This document shows, piece by piece, positions 11,640 through 24,695 of a DNA stretch of 64,000 bases. The DNA is from Dimorphilus gyrociliatus. Lineage: Eukaryota; Animalia; Annelida. Position 1 is the stretch's first letter; each line of letters begins with the position of its first letter. Both the position numbers and the translations under genes were made by a program. The DNA is taken from contig CAJFCJ010000014.1 in the NCBI GenBank assembly GCA_904063045.1, positions 1,609,643 to 1,673,642 on the forward strand. The letters are read 5' to 3'. Below the pieces are notes generated by a model. It did no database searches, was not told the origin of the DNA, and saw only the letters and a program-made list of their open reading frames with translations.

Positions 11640-12980
11640 GAGAATCAGAGAGACAATTTTTCACAACGATAACCACGCCACCAGATACAATTCTATCCAA
11701 ATTGTTATCCATAATGAACCTAATGGTTGTATTCTAATGATAGCTGATTCAAAGTGATAGTGATAAACGATTTTATATCATATTCAATTATGTTGAATCA
11801 AATATCAGTGAAAGTAATAGCCTAAACGATATTATTATTTTGAAGTTATCAAAATAATGTCGAATACGATGTCATTTACATTATAAATAGGGATAAATGC
11901 GTATGGTTTTATCTAAGGAGATATTCTATTTATTTGTCAAGTAAAAAGGACAGAAAGTGGAACAATTTATTTATGGGCGAAAACTAAGTAAAAGGGCTCA
12001 ACTTTATTTGTAAAATATTCAAGTTCTCTATTCCAGCTTACACGTACAAGAGAAAACGGCGGTATCTCCTCAAGCAGAAGCGACCTCTATCTTCTAAAGA
12101 TAGGTATATATCCGATTCCTAAAACAGACGCTACCGAAACGTAATCAAAGTGAACAGAGTGTTTATGAGATGTTATCGTATGATTTTACAAACTAACAAC
12201 GTCCCTAAGAAATCTCCAGAAGGAATTTCTGCTTGCATGGAAGTATTTGTAATAACCAGTCTTTATATATAATTCTTTGATGTTATTTAATCTTTAAAGT
12301 CAATATCGAAGTATATCTCGATAGAGAGGTGCAATAAACTTACTTGTCTTTATTGGAATGCTATATTCTGAATTTTAATCATTTTTCACATTGAGGTACG
12401 AACTCTTAGTAAACTCATTATTTAAATTGTCTATTAATACCACAACGTCGTCTATAATTGAAAGATTCCATGGCTTGCGGATGCTATTTTAACGTCTAAT
12501 AAACAATTCACGTTTTTTATTAAAGTGGAAGGTACAGTATTTATAAACAAAATGTTTACATGTATATTGTCCAAAGTAGGGATAATGAAAGAAAATCTCA
12601 ACTCTTTCAAACAGAATACTCTAAGTTTAAGAGAGAAGCCGCGTAAGCCTACAATGCAAGTGTCTTTAGGGTAACAATATTAGTTGCTAGCTAAAAACGA
12701 AAATTAGTAAGTATTAGAATGCAATCAAACTGAATAGAGAAATGAAGTAGATAATAGGCTACCATTTTCATTAGATTGATTTAAGGATGGGGTAAGGAAA
12801 TGATAAATTTGTGTGAACAAACAGAGAGCTTAATACGTATCGTGCTTTACCAAAAAAAAACTAAAATAACCGGAAATACATTGGAGATCGAAGGATCTAA
12901 GGACAAAGAACAAAACTTATTGATAGATGCAATGGCTAAAAATAGATTTCTGGGTAAATAGCACAGTAGAGGAAGATGTT
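11640..12980 (+). pseudogene. Second decayed L1-like Ig cassette (Ig2 to Ig6)
   Basis: Collinear DNA remnants of cassette exons: GCTGATTCA...AAACGATTTTATATC, CTAAAGATAGGTAT, TTAAAGTGGAAGGTACAGTATT, TTTTCATTAGATTGATTTAAGGATGGGGTAAGG, AAGATCGAAGGA-like GAGATCGAAGGATCT. Many stops and indels. Confidence 0.6.
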
Positions 12981-14744
12981 TATATCTAAAATATTGCTTT
13001 ATCAATAGAGTTTCGACGCTTCTGTATACATTGATATGTTTATTAAAAGTTTAATTGTATTGAGGTGTACACACAACATTTTCCCTACTTTTGCAGTGGA
13101 TATTTGTCTTAAAAGCTGTAATTCTGATATTTTCTACACCTTATTTACTTCTTAAATATTATTCTTCCTTCTATATAAATCTTTATAATATTCATATATA
13201 AATTCTGCTAATATACTCCGTATAATTCTTTACACAACGCCTATTTAAATCTTTTTATGGAAAGTTCAAAATCTTTAAGACTAAAGATAAATTCTTGCTC
13301 TCTTTTTAAATAATAAATAAACATTATATTTTCTTCTAAACAAATAAGATAACCTAATTTAAATGAATTTTTCAGTATTATTAAACTTTATTCTATATTG
13401 TTATGTTGTATATTGATCGTTATTGTTTCTCTAATGAACATACATTACAACTAGAAGAGTTTAATTTCTTCATTTTTTACTTGCAGTTTGAAAGAGTAAA
13501 ACTAAAATTTGGATTTTTTTTTGATATAATGAATTACCTATTTATTACTGGATTTCTATACAGTTAAGACACACTTAAAAGCCAACTAAAACATAACATC
13601 CGGCTTTATCTTTGTATGACTATAGCTATTATAGGACTAAATACATGGAATATAATTGTTTTCCCTATAAACAGTAATTTTTGGAATTAATATATTTTAT
13701 TTATTGAACGAGATCAGATACTTAAAAACACGAAGAAGCCTATTAAAACAACAAAAAAACAGAGAGGAGGATAAAAAAAGCTAAGGTTAACTTGAATCTG
13801 TTCAACTTTTGATGAAAGCTAATGAAAAAAGTCAGTCCTTCTTTTGTCGATTGTATATCCTAAAGGCTCAAGTAGAATTTACAAAACGTAGTATTAATAT
13901 TATGTTTAATACAATCAATTCGTATAATACTATTAAAGACAAAACGAATAGGTTTCTATTTTCAGTTTAGGTGTACCGAAAGCAAGAAAACAACCAAGAC
14001 ATGTATGGATTACTTTCTATATGCTAAATCGTGTTGCTTTTCCTCTTCCTTTCCTTTTTTTATATCTTTTAAGAATATTTCTAAATAGTTAAACATTTAC
14101 ATAGGCCATTCTCATCTAGTAATAATATCAACATAAAGTTTTTATATATGGAAATATAACAGATATTTCTTCTCTTTTTTTAAAAAAAAGAGGTAGTCTA
14201 TTGTTGAATCAACTGACTATGGTTGTGTTTGCATTATGTTGGTAAAGTCTACGAAAGCCTATAACTTATAATAAAATAATTACTATTTCCGTTTTATCTT
14301 GTTTTTTTTTCATTTTATTTAATTTACAAAGAAAATGAATGTCGGAATGGAAGACGAGAGATAGAAGGAAAGTTGAAAGAAATAGAAGAATAATCTTTAC
14401 AATGGAAAGAAGAGAAGGAAAGGGAGCAAAAAAAGAACTAAATACTTGATACTGAAAAACCTTGTACACTTGAAATTCACGTGAAAAACAATATAAATTT
14501 TTTCAATTTATTTTATAGACTTCTTTATTTAGGTCTTTAGAAAACATTGAATAAGACAGTTAATATTTAGTTGATTTATCGTAAACCAGTATTTATTTAC
14601 GTTCTTTGATATAAAAGCCAAAGTTTTCTATTGTATTCATGTAAAGGAAAGAGTTATAAATTGATAATAAACGATGCTAAAAATGCTAAAATTGTTACAT
14701 AAAAGTTAATGTTGAACATATATTTTATTTATTTCTCCTCAATC

Positions 14745-14830
14745 TCTCTGTCTATCTCTTTCTTTCTTTCTTTCTTTCTTTCTCTTCTTTTTCTTTGTCT
14801 CTCTCTATCTCTCTTCCTCATCCCTCACCC
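14745..14830. repeat. CT/CTTT-rich low-complexity tract
   Basis: Direct reading of the sequence. Confidence 0.8.
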
Positions 14831-17542
14831 TTCCTATATCTTTGCTTTAAAAACATAAAAGTTATTTATCGTCTGCTATATATCAACCAAATCGACTTTA
14901 GTGAAATTTCAACGAAAGATGCTCATCGTAAAATGAGAAAATTATCGTAATTAAAGCTGTAAAAGAGGTAGCAAATCTTCCAGTATTATCTATATGAGAT
15001 TTCTACTAAGTCCTCTAAACTTCTGGTAAATCTTCCCAAGATAATTTATAAAGGCTCGTTGATAAGGATGATACAAAGCAGTATACGAAGATTCGGATAA
15101 AAGGGACCAACAACAATGACCTTTTTTTATCATCCACTCTATCAACTAAATGGATTTACACGTCCATATTTGATTTAGATTAACAGGAATAAAATTGTTG
15201 TACATATAAACCATTCCATTTGACCTTTTAACCTTTTTCGTATACCCTATTACTAATTTCAATGAAAAGAAGGTAATCTTTAATAGAATAAATATTATAT
15301 AAATTGATGAATCTAAGTGAAATTTTACAATGTTCTTTATTATAGTTTATTCAAAGGTTTCACTTAATAAGGACATGCCATTTTTTTAAGGAGGAAAAAT
15401 CTGGTCTCTGTCACAAATTTAAACCAAAATAACTTCAAACCTCAAAGGGAAAAAAGAGCGGAAAGGAAAGTTTGGTTAAATTCATTTTTATGACACATCT
15501 GTTAATCATCCGGAAGGACAAATGAATAACATAATTGTTAAGCTCGTATGATAATCGCGGAAGGAATTTACAATAATAGGATAAGGATTTGTTTACGGAA
15601 TTGCTCATTAAAGGAAAAGTTACGCAATATATCAGACTCATTAATCATAAAAGCTATGCTTTACTAAATAATACCATCTGTTACTGTCCTTTTTTCTTAT
15701 ATATTTATCCCTTCTCCTCTCCTTTCAAGTAAAACATAAAGAAGAGTATTTTTAACTAAACTCTTTCCATTTGAGTATTATACCGCTTTTTTTGTCTTCC
15801 TTTGTAATCTCTTACAAAGCGTAGGCCTATTTACAACAATAAATACAAAATAAACGGAATAAATTCGGAAAATATATGGACGGTTGAGCAAATATGTATA
15901 AGCCGTTAATTATATGATAATAATAGATTATGGGATATGTATAGTTTTTTCTTTTTACGCTATTATTCAGGAATGAGCAATGCTTAAAAGGTTTTCATTG
16001 ATGGAAAACATAAAAGGGTTAAAGAGTTCTAGCAATCAAAACAATACGCCAAACCCTAATTTATGACCAAAGGCTGTAAATAGTAAACACCATTGAATGC
16101 TCTGGGTCGTTTCTGCTTAGCGGATTACATTAAACTGACTAGCATCCATCAACAAACAAATAAATGGAATTGGAATTTGTCTTATCTATTCTCTCCTTAA
16201 TAACCTTTAAAGTTGTTTATAAATTGATTCAAGACATCAACATTACGAAACGCCTAATTCTTTCATCCTTACACTTTCCCTGTCTGTTTTTAAATGTTTA
16301 TTCTCGTTTATAACAAAACCAATGAAAATCTTCCTTTTAGCCTTGGTCTATTCCATTCCACTATTGGCACATGCCTTGCTTTGTGACAAGCTATTTGTTA
16401 TGTTCTTATAATTCTTATCTACTCGGTATTTTTATCTTTTATGTTTGAATTAGACAGCTGCTAGATGGAGTATACAACTTTTCTTCATCTGACTGTTTTT
16501 ATTATCAAAATGAATTTATAACTTTGATCTCTTTGTCTTATTATCTTTCCCTTCTCCTTGCACTTTTTCTCCTTACAAAACGTAACTTTCCTTTCCATTC
16601 TAATTATGGTATCAAATAATGAATGCGTCTGTTTAGCTTTTCACGGATAAGATAGATAGCAGCATTTTACTATTTTATCTTAAGTCGATAACATGTAATG
16701 AGCGGTTAAAAATACGTTAGGTTCCTTTTTTTATGAATAAGTGATGTATACAATACTTTATAATAGTATTATTCATCTAATATTTTGTTTCTTACTCCTC
16801 ATCCTCCTTCACCACCCCCGCAAAAACTGTTCACTTTCCCTTAAACAACCAAGCGCTTTCTCTTAAGAATAAAGCCTATAGGTTTTTTTTTCAGACTTTC
16901 AACAAACCCGAAGTTTATTTATTAAAGGCCTTCGTCAAGTGCGTTCAAACGAATGGTTCGTTTACTCGAATTATACCTAGATTGCTAGTTCATCTAAGCC
17001 TATATTAATGTTGGACCTCTCTTTCATATTAGTAATTAAAATAATAATAAAAAAGTAAAAATGTTCAAGCATATATTATATAAAATTTTATTACCAACTA
17101 ACTACAATTCAACCGGAAGTTGTTAATAAAAATATAATATAAGGATTTCATATAAAATATACTAAAGATTTATAATGAATTTTTATTATTTAAAATGATT
17201 AATGAATCCGTGTAGAGAACTTTTGCAGCTAACAATGAGAAACAAAAGAGTATCATGTTTGGCGGGAACAAACACCTACCGGTGAAATACGCCACCTACA
17301 CGTTCAATTTCCATTAGATACCGATTGTATAGCGGAGAAGTAACATTGGATAAGCGATTTTTTTATACTATAGTTGATTTTAATACTCTTATTCTACGTA
17401 CTTTTAATATTACGTGAAAAGACTTGAGTTCTATGTAGTCAGAATCTCTGACTAATTTTTAAAATAAGGAATATTTGCAGTTTTCCTTCCTTCTTCACTA
17501 TATTTTTTACAAATATATTTCATATATACAAACTCTCTCTCA

Positions 17543-17572
17543 ATATATATATATATATAATATATATATATA
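17543..17572. repeat. (TA)n microsatellite
   Basis: Direct reading of the sequence. Confidence 0.9.
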
Positions 17573-17739
17573 AATATTGTTATATCTTCCTCTCAATTTC
17601 TCTCTTCTACTAAGAGTAAAACAGGTAAGAAATCATAAAATTTGTACTTTGAACGGACGCTTGATAACAAAATTTTTTTACCTGAAAGAAATTTATCGAG
17701 CCGATAAACAATATAAAATACGATAACTAGATCTGACCT

Positions 17740-20700
17740 ATGGATAAGTTTTGGTTTATTCTGCCCTTCATCTTCAATTTTTACCTTTCAGGTTTGTCAT
17801 TTTAATACTATTTCTTATATAATTTATACAGTATAAAAACAAAAATCGTATAATATATATAGATGTCCTGCTACAAGAAATTCAATTTCCACCCACAATT
17901 GTTAACCATCCGGCTCGTCTAAAAGTTTACGCTGGTAGGGAGGATCTTAATATAAATTGTGGAGCGAAAGGTCCTAATGGTGATCTAGTTGGACCAAGCG
18001 GAAAGCTTGATTATGAATGGTACCACAGGAAAAGTGAACAGGATCCATGGGTAAAGATTAACATTATCGGAGAAGCTGGTTGGGCTTGGACTTCTGAGAA
18101 CGATAACGGAAATATCAGAATCAAACAGGAAATTGTTTCAGATGATCGGGCCAAATATTCGGGAGAATATCAATGTATTGTGTCTCTTGACAATCACTAT
18201 AAAGTTAAATCTAGTATTGGTCTACTTGTCTACTACGGTAAGTTAACAAAAATTACATAAATGTCTTCGTCTATGAGAAATCCTTCTTTTATTCTAACAG
18301 CAATTCCTCTCACAAGTAACACTCCTGTTCATTTGGATATAAATCGACACACGCACTTCATTATTGAACCAAAATATATAAAACTTGATTGTAATTTAAT
18401 TGAATGTCAAAATTTTCGTATAAGACCTAAAATTGAAGGCAAACCTGATCCTGGTGTCTTCCGCTCTTCTCGAATGGTTTATGATAGAGAAACTGGTCAT
18501 TTTATAGTAATGCGAGCTGATTCAGAAGATCATAACAGACGATTTCATATACTTTTTGATTTTATTGAATCAAGTGTAGGTGAAACAAATGACCCACGTG
18601 ATATTAGAATTACAGGCGATCAAAGTAACATCAATAACGATATTATTTATCATACAACAACAAATAATAACAACCAGAACGAATTTCATCGTTTTTCTAA
18701 AGAAGATATTTCATTTACTTGTGCCGTAAAAGGAAAGTAAGTATTAGATAAGCTTCAATCCAAATTTCCCAAGATCCTTTTTAAAAACTTCACCTTTTTT
18801 TAGCCCCCTTCCCACTCTAACCTGGTCAAAAGAGAATGGTAATATACCATCAAAGGCTGATAGGAGTGAACGATACCGTCTAAAGATAGGTATATATCTC
18901 AAGAATAACTTTTCACTTTTAAGCAAACATCTAACAGCTCTTTTCTGCATAATTTTACATAATCTTTAAAATCGATATCTATATATAACCCGATAAAAAT
19001 GCGCCATAAATGATTATTTCTTTATCAGCATACTCTGTTGTGAATTTCACTCAGAGTTAGCCTCTACTTTCTATACTGATAATTAAAGAACTCATTTTTC
19101 AATCTATTTTCACCTACTGTGCTACAATTAAGAAATATTACATAATAGGTGATCTTCAACCTGGCGACTCGGGAGTTTATAAATGCTCCATCGGATCTGG
19201 AATTGAAAAAACATTCTCTCTTAAAGTAGAAGGTTCAGTATTTCAGAAAAATAAGTGTATTCTTTCCACATGAACATGTCTTCTCTTCGAAAATAGATTT
19301 CTTCGATTTCGAGGATAAACCTGAAAACCAAAATGCTAGTGTTGGTGACACGAATATACAGTGGAAATGTAGAGGCACGCCTGGCCAGCACAACTATGAA
19401 TTTAACGTTAATGGAGAAAAACCTGGTAAATTGTTATTTATCTTTTCAAGTTTATAATTTGTCATTGAAAACAATCTTTTTCATCATCCAGTTAGTGACT
19501 TTTATGTTGCAAACAACATCATGAAGTTGGAGAAGGTAGAGAGAACTCATGAAGGAGTAATTCAATGTAATATCAATAAACCATCGACAAGGGAAAGTAA
19601 AAGTTCATCAGCCTACTTTCTGGTCTTTGGTTAGTATATTTTAATGTTAGATAAATGGATTACGTTTATATTTATTCATTTCACATTTGTAGATAAAACA
19701 ACAATAACTGCTAAAAATGAAGCTGAAATTAATGTTACTCAGGATATGGATGAGGTTAAACTAGAATGTAAAGTTTCAGTAGATGGTAGATTGCCATTTT
19801 CACTAGAGTGGTATAAAGATGGGGTAAGAAAATAAGAGATTTTCTTTTAGAATTGGATAGATTAATACAGTATATTAATATATATTTTATGTTGTTATAG
19901 AAAAAACTAGAGATAGATGGAAACACATTCAAGATCGAAGGAGCTGATAATAAAGAGAAGAATCTAATAATTGATGCAAAAAGTAAAAGTATATTCGGTA
20001 GATACCGATGTAAAGGAGATAATGGATATTCTGAAGATTTTTCGGATGAAATTTTGTTGTATCAAGGTGTTCCAACACCAGCTCGTAAGTTTTCAAGTGA
20101 AATTTATGTGTTTAGTTATCTTTGAGCATGTAATTTTTTTTCAGCTGTTGTGCAAAAAAGTGCATTTCCTTGGTGGATATTTGCAATAATAGCCGGGGCT
20201 CTTATATTCTTTATTGTCGTTTTATGCATTTGTTTATATATACAGGTAAGTTTTTGCTATTAACGTGCGTTGTTTTTTTTTAAGTAGGTCAAATGGCCTT
20301 GTTTTTAAGTTTGTCATATGACACTAGTGATTACGCATTCTTTTAGATAAGAAACTTTGTTTTTAAATGCTTTTTTTAAAAAATCGTATATCTTGCTGAT
20401 TAGTCGAATATTTGAAATTTTGTGATTTGTTTTTTTTCTGTTCTATAGAGAAACAAAGGTGAGGAATACAAAGTCGACTTATTGGAGAGAAAACAAGGAT
20501 TGGATCCTGAAGCTGAATTAAGAGCAGAAGATTTTAAAGAGTATCAAAGACCGTAAGTGTAATCTTTTATATATTTACTATATCGATAAATGTAATCATT
20601 TATTATAGGGATGATTCGAAACCTTTGTATGATGAACCATTCAAGATTCATACATCGGAGGAATCTCTTGAGGAATACGGAGAGGAAATTCGTGAAGATG

Positions 20701-20762
20701 GATCATTTATTGGCGCTTATAAACCTCCGAGAAATAATTATAATAGAGACACAGACGTCTAG
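17740..20762 (+). CDS. L1CAM/neuroglian-family cell adhesion molecule, truncated architecture: signal peptide, 5 Ig, TM, ankyrin-binding tail; 657 aa
   Basis: Exons 17740-17791 (MDKFWFILPFIFNFYLS), 17863-18237, 18301-18736, 18804-18889, 19149-19232, 19297-19425, 19492-19629, 19693-19823, 19901-20084, 20145-20245 (TM FPWWIFAIIAGALIFFIVVLCICLYI), 20449-20552, 20609-20762. Sum 1974 nt in frame. Tail RNKGEEYKV...FKEY...SLEEYG...EDGSFIGAY is the L1-family cytoplasmic signature. Confidence 0.9.
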
Positions 20763-20845
20763 TTCTCCATAGTGTTCTTAATTGACTATTTTAATTGTTA
20801 AAGTACTTTAGCGTAATAGAATACAACATTTGAGTTTTTACTTTT

Positions 20846-22085
20846 CTATTTAATTCCGCAATTCCTCATTGTTGGAACCTTGCAATTTCCTTTACCAGCT
20901 GCGTTCCATACTTCACCTTTGTATGAAGCGATTCCTTGTTCATCTATTTTCAAATCCGGTTGTATAGCTTCCCAAATCTTCTTCTTAGGGTTTAACAATG
21001 CATCCGCGTCGCCAGGGTATGCGTCGACGGTTACACGATCACCAATGTTAACTCCCTCTGGTGGAATGATAATTTCCACTTTTTCAGGAGTTGAGGCACA
21101 CATAATCATTCCTTCGGATAAAATTCCTCTCATTTTGGCTGGTTTCAAGTTTGTCATAAATATGGCAATCCTATTTTTCATCTAAAAAATTTTATTGCGA
21201 CTGATTACTTTTACGTGTTCAATAAAAGAAAATTATGGTATCCGAACCTGTTCTAACGGAACGTGCTTAACTAAACCGGAAACAATAGTACGTGTTTCCG
21301 AACCAAAATCAACAGTTTCAACGTAGAGACTGTCAGCATCTGGATGCTTTTTGACATCAACAATCTTTCCTATTCTCATACTTAATCTTGAAATATCTAA
21401 TTTTTCAACAGTTGTAGGTGCTGCTGTTTTTCCACCCTTTTCTTTGGGTTTTTTAGGCTGTTTTTCAGCTTTTTTATTCTTTTCATTTCCTTTAGCTTCA
21501 GGGGCATCTCCTGCCTTTTCAACTTGTTTTTCAGAAGCTTTTCCACATGGTTTTGGTTGTTCCAACACAACAACAGGTCGTTGAGAAGGTATAGGTACTT
21601 GTAAGACTACAAATTTAAATAAGCAATATTAAGATGGAGTAAAATTAAAAGAATCTTAAGAACTGACTTCCGCTATCGATTTGAAGCTTTGTTAATGTAT
21701 TTTTCAGCTCTTGAACTTCTTGTTTTAAACTTTCGTTTTCATTTATCAATTTTTCTTTAGTAGAATTGCTACAAACCGAGACATTTCCTGAAAAATTAAT
21801 TATAATACTTATTACATTTGTATAGTTTTAATAGACAAAGTAGAAATACAAACTCGATTTTATAAATTCCACTTTCTGACGCAATTGAAGGAGTAATGCT
21901 TCTGCTTCGTCAGCTCTTTTTATCGCTCTCGCCAAAGCTGAAAATTTTGGAAAGTACTTGAATTGGAGTTTATATTTTCTAAGTATATTCCTTAAAAAAT
22001 CATTAATGACTGGAAATCGCGTTATTTTCGTCGCACCTAAGCTAAAAGACCTTAGTATCAATGACATACCGTTATCACTGGCCAT
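20846..22085 (-). CDS. AIMP1: Aminoacyl-tRNA synthetase complex-interacting multifunctional protein 1 (p43/pro-EMAP II)
   Basis: N-terminal coiled coil ([17 protein letters not shown]), Lys-rich linker, tRNA-binding OB fold ([25 protein letters not shown]; [18 protein letters not shown]). Several short introns. Confidence 0.92.
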
Positions 22086-22626
22086 TTCACGTACACGGTT
22101 CGACCAAGAAGTATTCTAACTATTTTCAAGCGATTGTGTGGTGTCCTAATAAAGCGCAAAAAAGTTGAAACTTCAAATATTAAGAAATGGAAAAACTACT
22201 TTCAGACATAATCTATTGTTTAAATGATAGAAACAGAATCATTGTATCAATTATTCAAAGATAAGAAAATCTTGAATTCTTAAATGTATTAATAAAACGA
22301 AAAACTTCAATTCAACTCAAAATGGCATTGATAGTTAAATTTCTTTTTACTGCAGGAATTAACCAGACAGCTGTGTTATCACAGTACAAGAAAATAGGTA
22401 GAAAATTTAGAAGTTAAGGCTAAATATAATAAGCACAAGTTAAATACGTTCCTTTAGTGTCTCGAAGTAATTTAATCTATAGCGGTTTAAGTATTACCCA
22501 CTGTTACTTCAACTATTTTAAGCGTATACAATAGTTGTAGAAAAGAAAAAAGAAAGAGATAAGAATGTTCAGACCGGCCATCACAAAGTAAAGGCCGTTT
22601 CGAGGCGTAATTAAATCTCGGCTCAT

Positions 22627-24695
22627 TCACAATTTATCCGTCAAGACTTTCTTTGCTCTTTCATAAATAACGTATGAAATAGAGACAGCTGGCAAAACTT
22701 TCATAAAATTCGGTGCAATGCCTGAGTACAAGCCTTTAAAGCCATTTTTCTTCACGATGTTTTGGGCCATCTTTACCATTCCATCTTTTGCAACTTCTGG
22801 GGGCGCTGCTTGTAATCGAGTTCTGACAAGTGCCAAGGGATATGACGCCAACTGGCCACAAGTGGAGCTAATCGTTCCGCACGCCAAAAGCACAAGCACC
22901 CCAGGATCACTAACTCCAGGGTTTGACTTGTTGTAAAATTGCTTGAGTGTTTCGTAAACAGATAAGTCGATGCCGGCATATGGAATGATGCCAAGTATGT
23001 TTGGAAGATATCCTCTATACAATGCCTGAGGTCCTTCGTGTTTTACAGTTTGCAACAGGCAGTCTAGCATTCCTTTGTATTGTCCTAGAGAACAAAAAAA
23101 AATCAATGCTTTACTTCCATCTACTTTTAAACAAACCTGTTCTAGCAACGGCGAGTCTAGTTTTAACAACTTCCATTGGATAAATGGAGGTTTGTGCTGT
23201 TGCTCCAGCAAGGGATCCAGCAGTAAATCTCTCTAAAGTTCCAATTTGATTTGGATCAGATTGTATTAAAGATTTAAGTTTTTCGTAAGCAGCAAATTTG
23301 ATAGCAGTCTCAGGTGCTATTTTAATGACGTTTGTTCCATTTCCTCGCCAGAGGGACTTTATTCCTCCTTCTTTGACCATTAGCTTTAGGCTCTTGGCAA
23401 TTGACATGTTCTTGCCATGAACTTGTAACATAATCTTTACTCTATCCAAGGGAGCTGTACAAGTTCTAGAAACAGCACCAGCCACTGCACCAGCAATTAA
23501 ATGCTTGATCCATTCTCCGGATTTCTTTTCCTTTGCAGTAAATTCAGGGGGAACTGTCAGTTGTTCACCAATATCTATCATCTATAAATATACGAATAAA
23601 AGAAGCCATATTTATATTCAAAGTATATTAGCTAAAAAAACAAACAAACTAGAGATTGTCTCCAATGTCTGACAATCGATTGAAAATCTGAATCTGGCGA
23701 AAACTCAAAAAATGTCATCCATTCTTGCCAATCAACGCTCATATTTCCATCTTTATCGATTCTGTTTTTAAGAATGGCAGCGTATACTTTCATTTCAGTT
23801 AATTAATTAGAAGTTTAATAGAAAACAATAAGAAAAGTTTAATCTATTAAATTATTAATAAAATATACAATAATTTATTACTGTTCGAGTAAAGACTCAG
23901 CCATTTGACTAGATAGATCAAGCTCCAATTTTTTAAAGGCTTGGCGCATCTCCTCCAAATCAATTCGACCTATAAATATTCATAATTCATGCAAAAGTTA
24001 GAAGTTATTAATTTTCACTCTTATTTTTTTCTTTTTGCAATATCAGATATAAACCATCAAAGGAATAGTCCTATATGAAAACTAACAGTTTTTTTTCAAT
24101 ACGAATATATTTTTCTATTGATTCTCTACTATGAAGTGAATCGTTTTATGTTTTTACATATAGTTGTAGCATTTTCATTTTTAAAGTCTGCTTTTTACTT
24201 TCATAACAAATATCATTTTGTCTAAATATTTACAAGTATTAATTTTTATTAGTTACCATAGTGACTATTCGTATAGAAACAATTGTAGCTTAATGGAAGA
24301 TGTTCTTTTTTTATCTTAAGTTAATAATAACTATTTGTTCAATACTAATACTGACCATCCTTATTTTTATCTAGTTTTTTAAACACTGATAATAAGTTTG
24401 CTTCATGTTGAACCATATATTCAACAAATTCGTCAAAATCCAAAAACGAGTCATTGTTTGTATTAATTTTACCAAATATCGACTGTAATGGAAATAAATT
24501 AACCAAAGTTAATGCAATTTTTAATTATTATTCATTAACCTGGGCGTGATGCTTAGCTTTATCTGCAGAGAGACGACGTTGTCTCAAAGCTTGAGCCAGC
24601 TCACTGCATTGAATCTTTCCATCATTGTTGACATCCAATGCATTAAAAAGTGCTCTGTAGCGTTTCTTATCAGCCTCTGTTATAGTCCTTGACAT
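22627..24695 (-). CDS. SLC25A25: Calcium-binding mitochondrial ATP-Mg/Pi carrier (SCaMC; SLC25A23/24/25 family)
   Basis: Upstream exons give four EF-hand-like motifs (MSRT...LDVNNDGKI; [14 protein letters not shown]; [14 protein letters not shown]; [14 protein letters not shown]), then MIDIGE..VP.EF and three carrier repeats ([34 protein letters not shown]). Paralog assignment within the family is not resolvable. Confidence 0.92.

Noticed and set aside
13000-17000. Possible decayed minus-strand gene or retroelement
   Set aside because: Only short open stretches with frequent stops and no motif I could identify; not supportable without a search.
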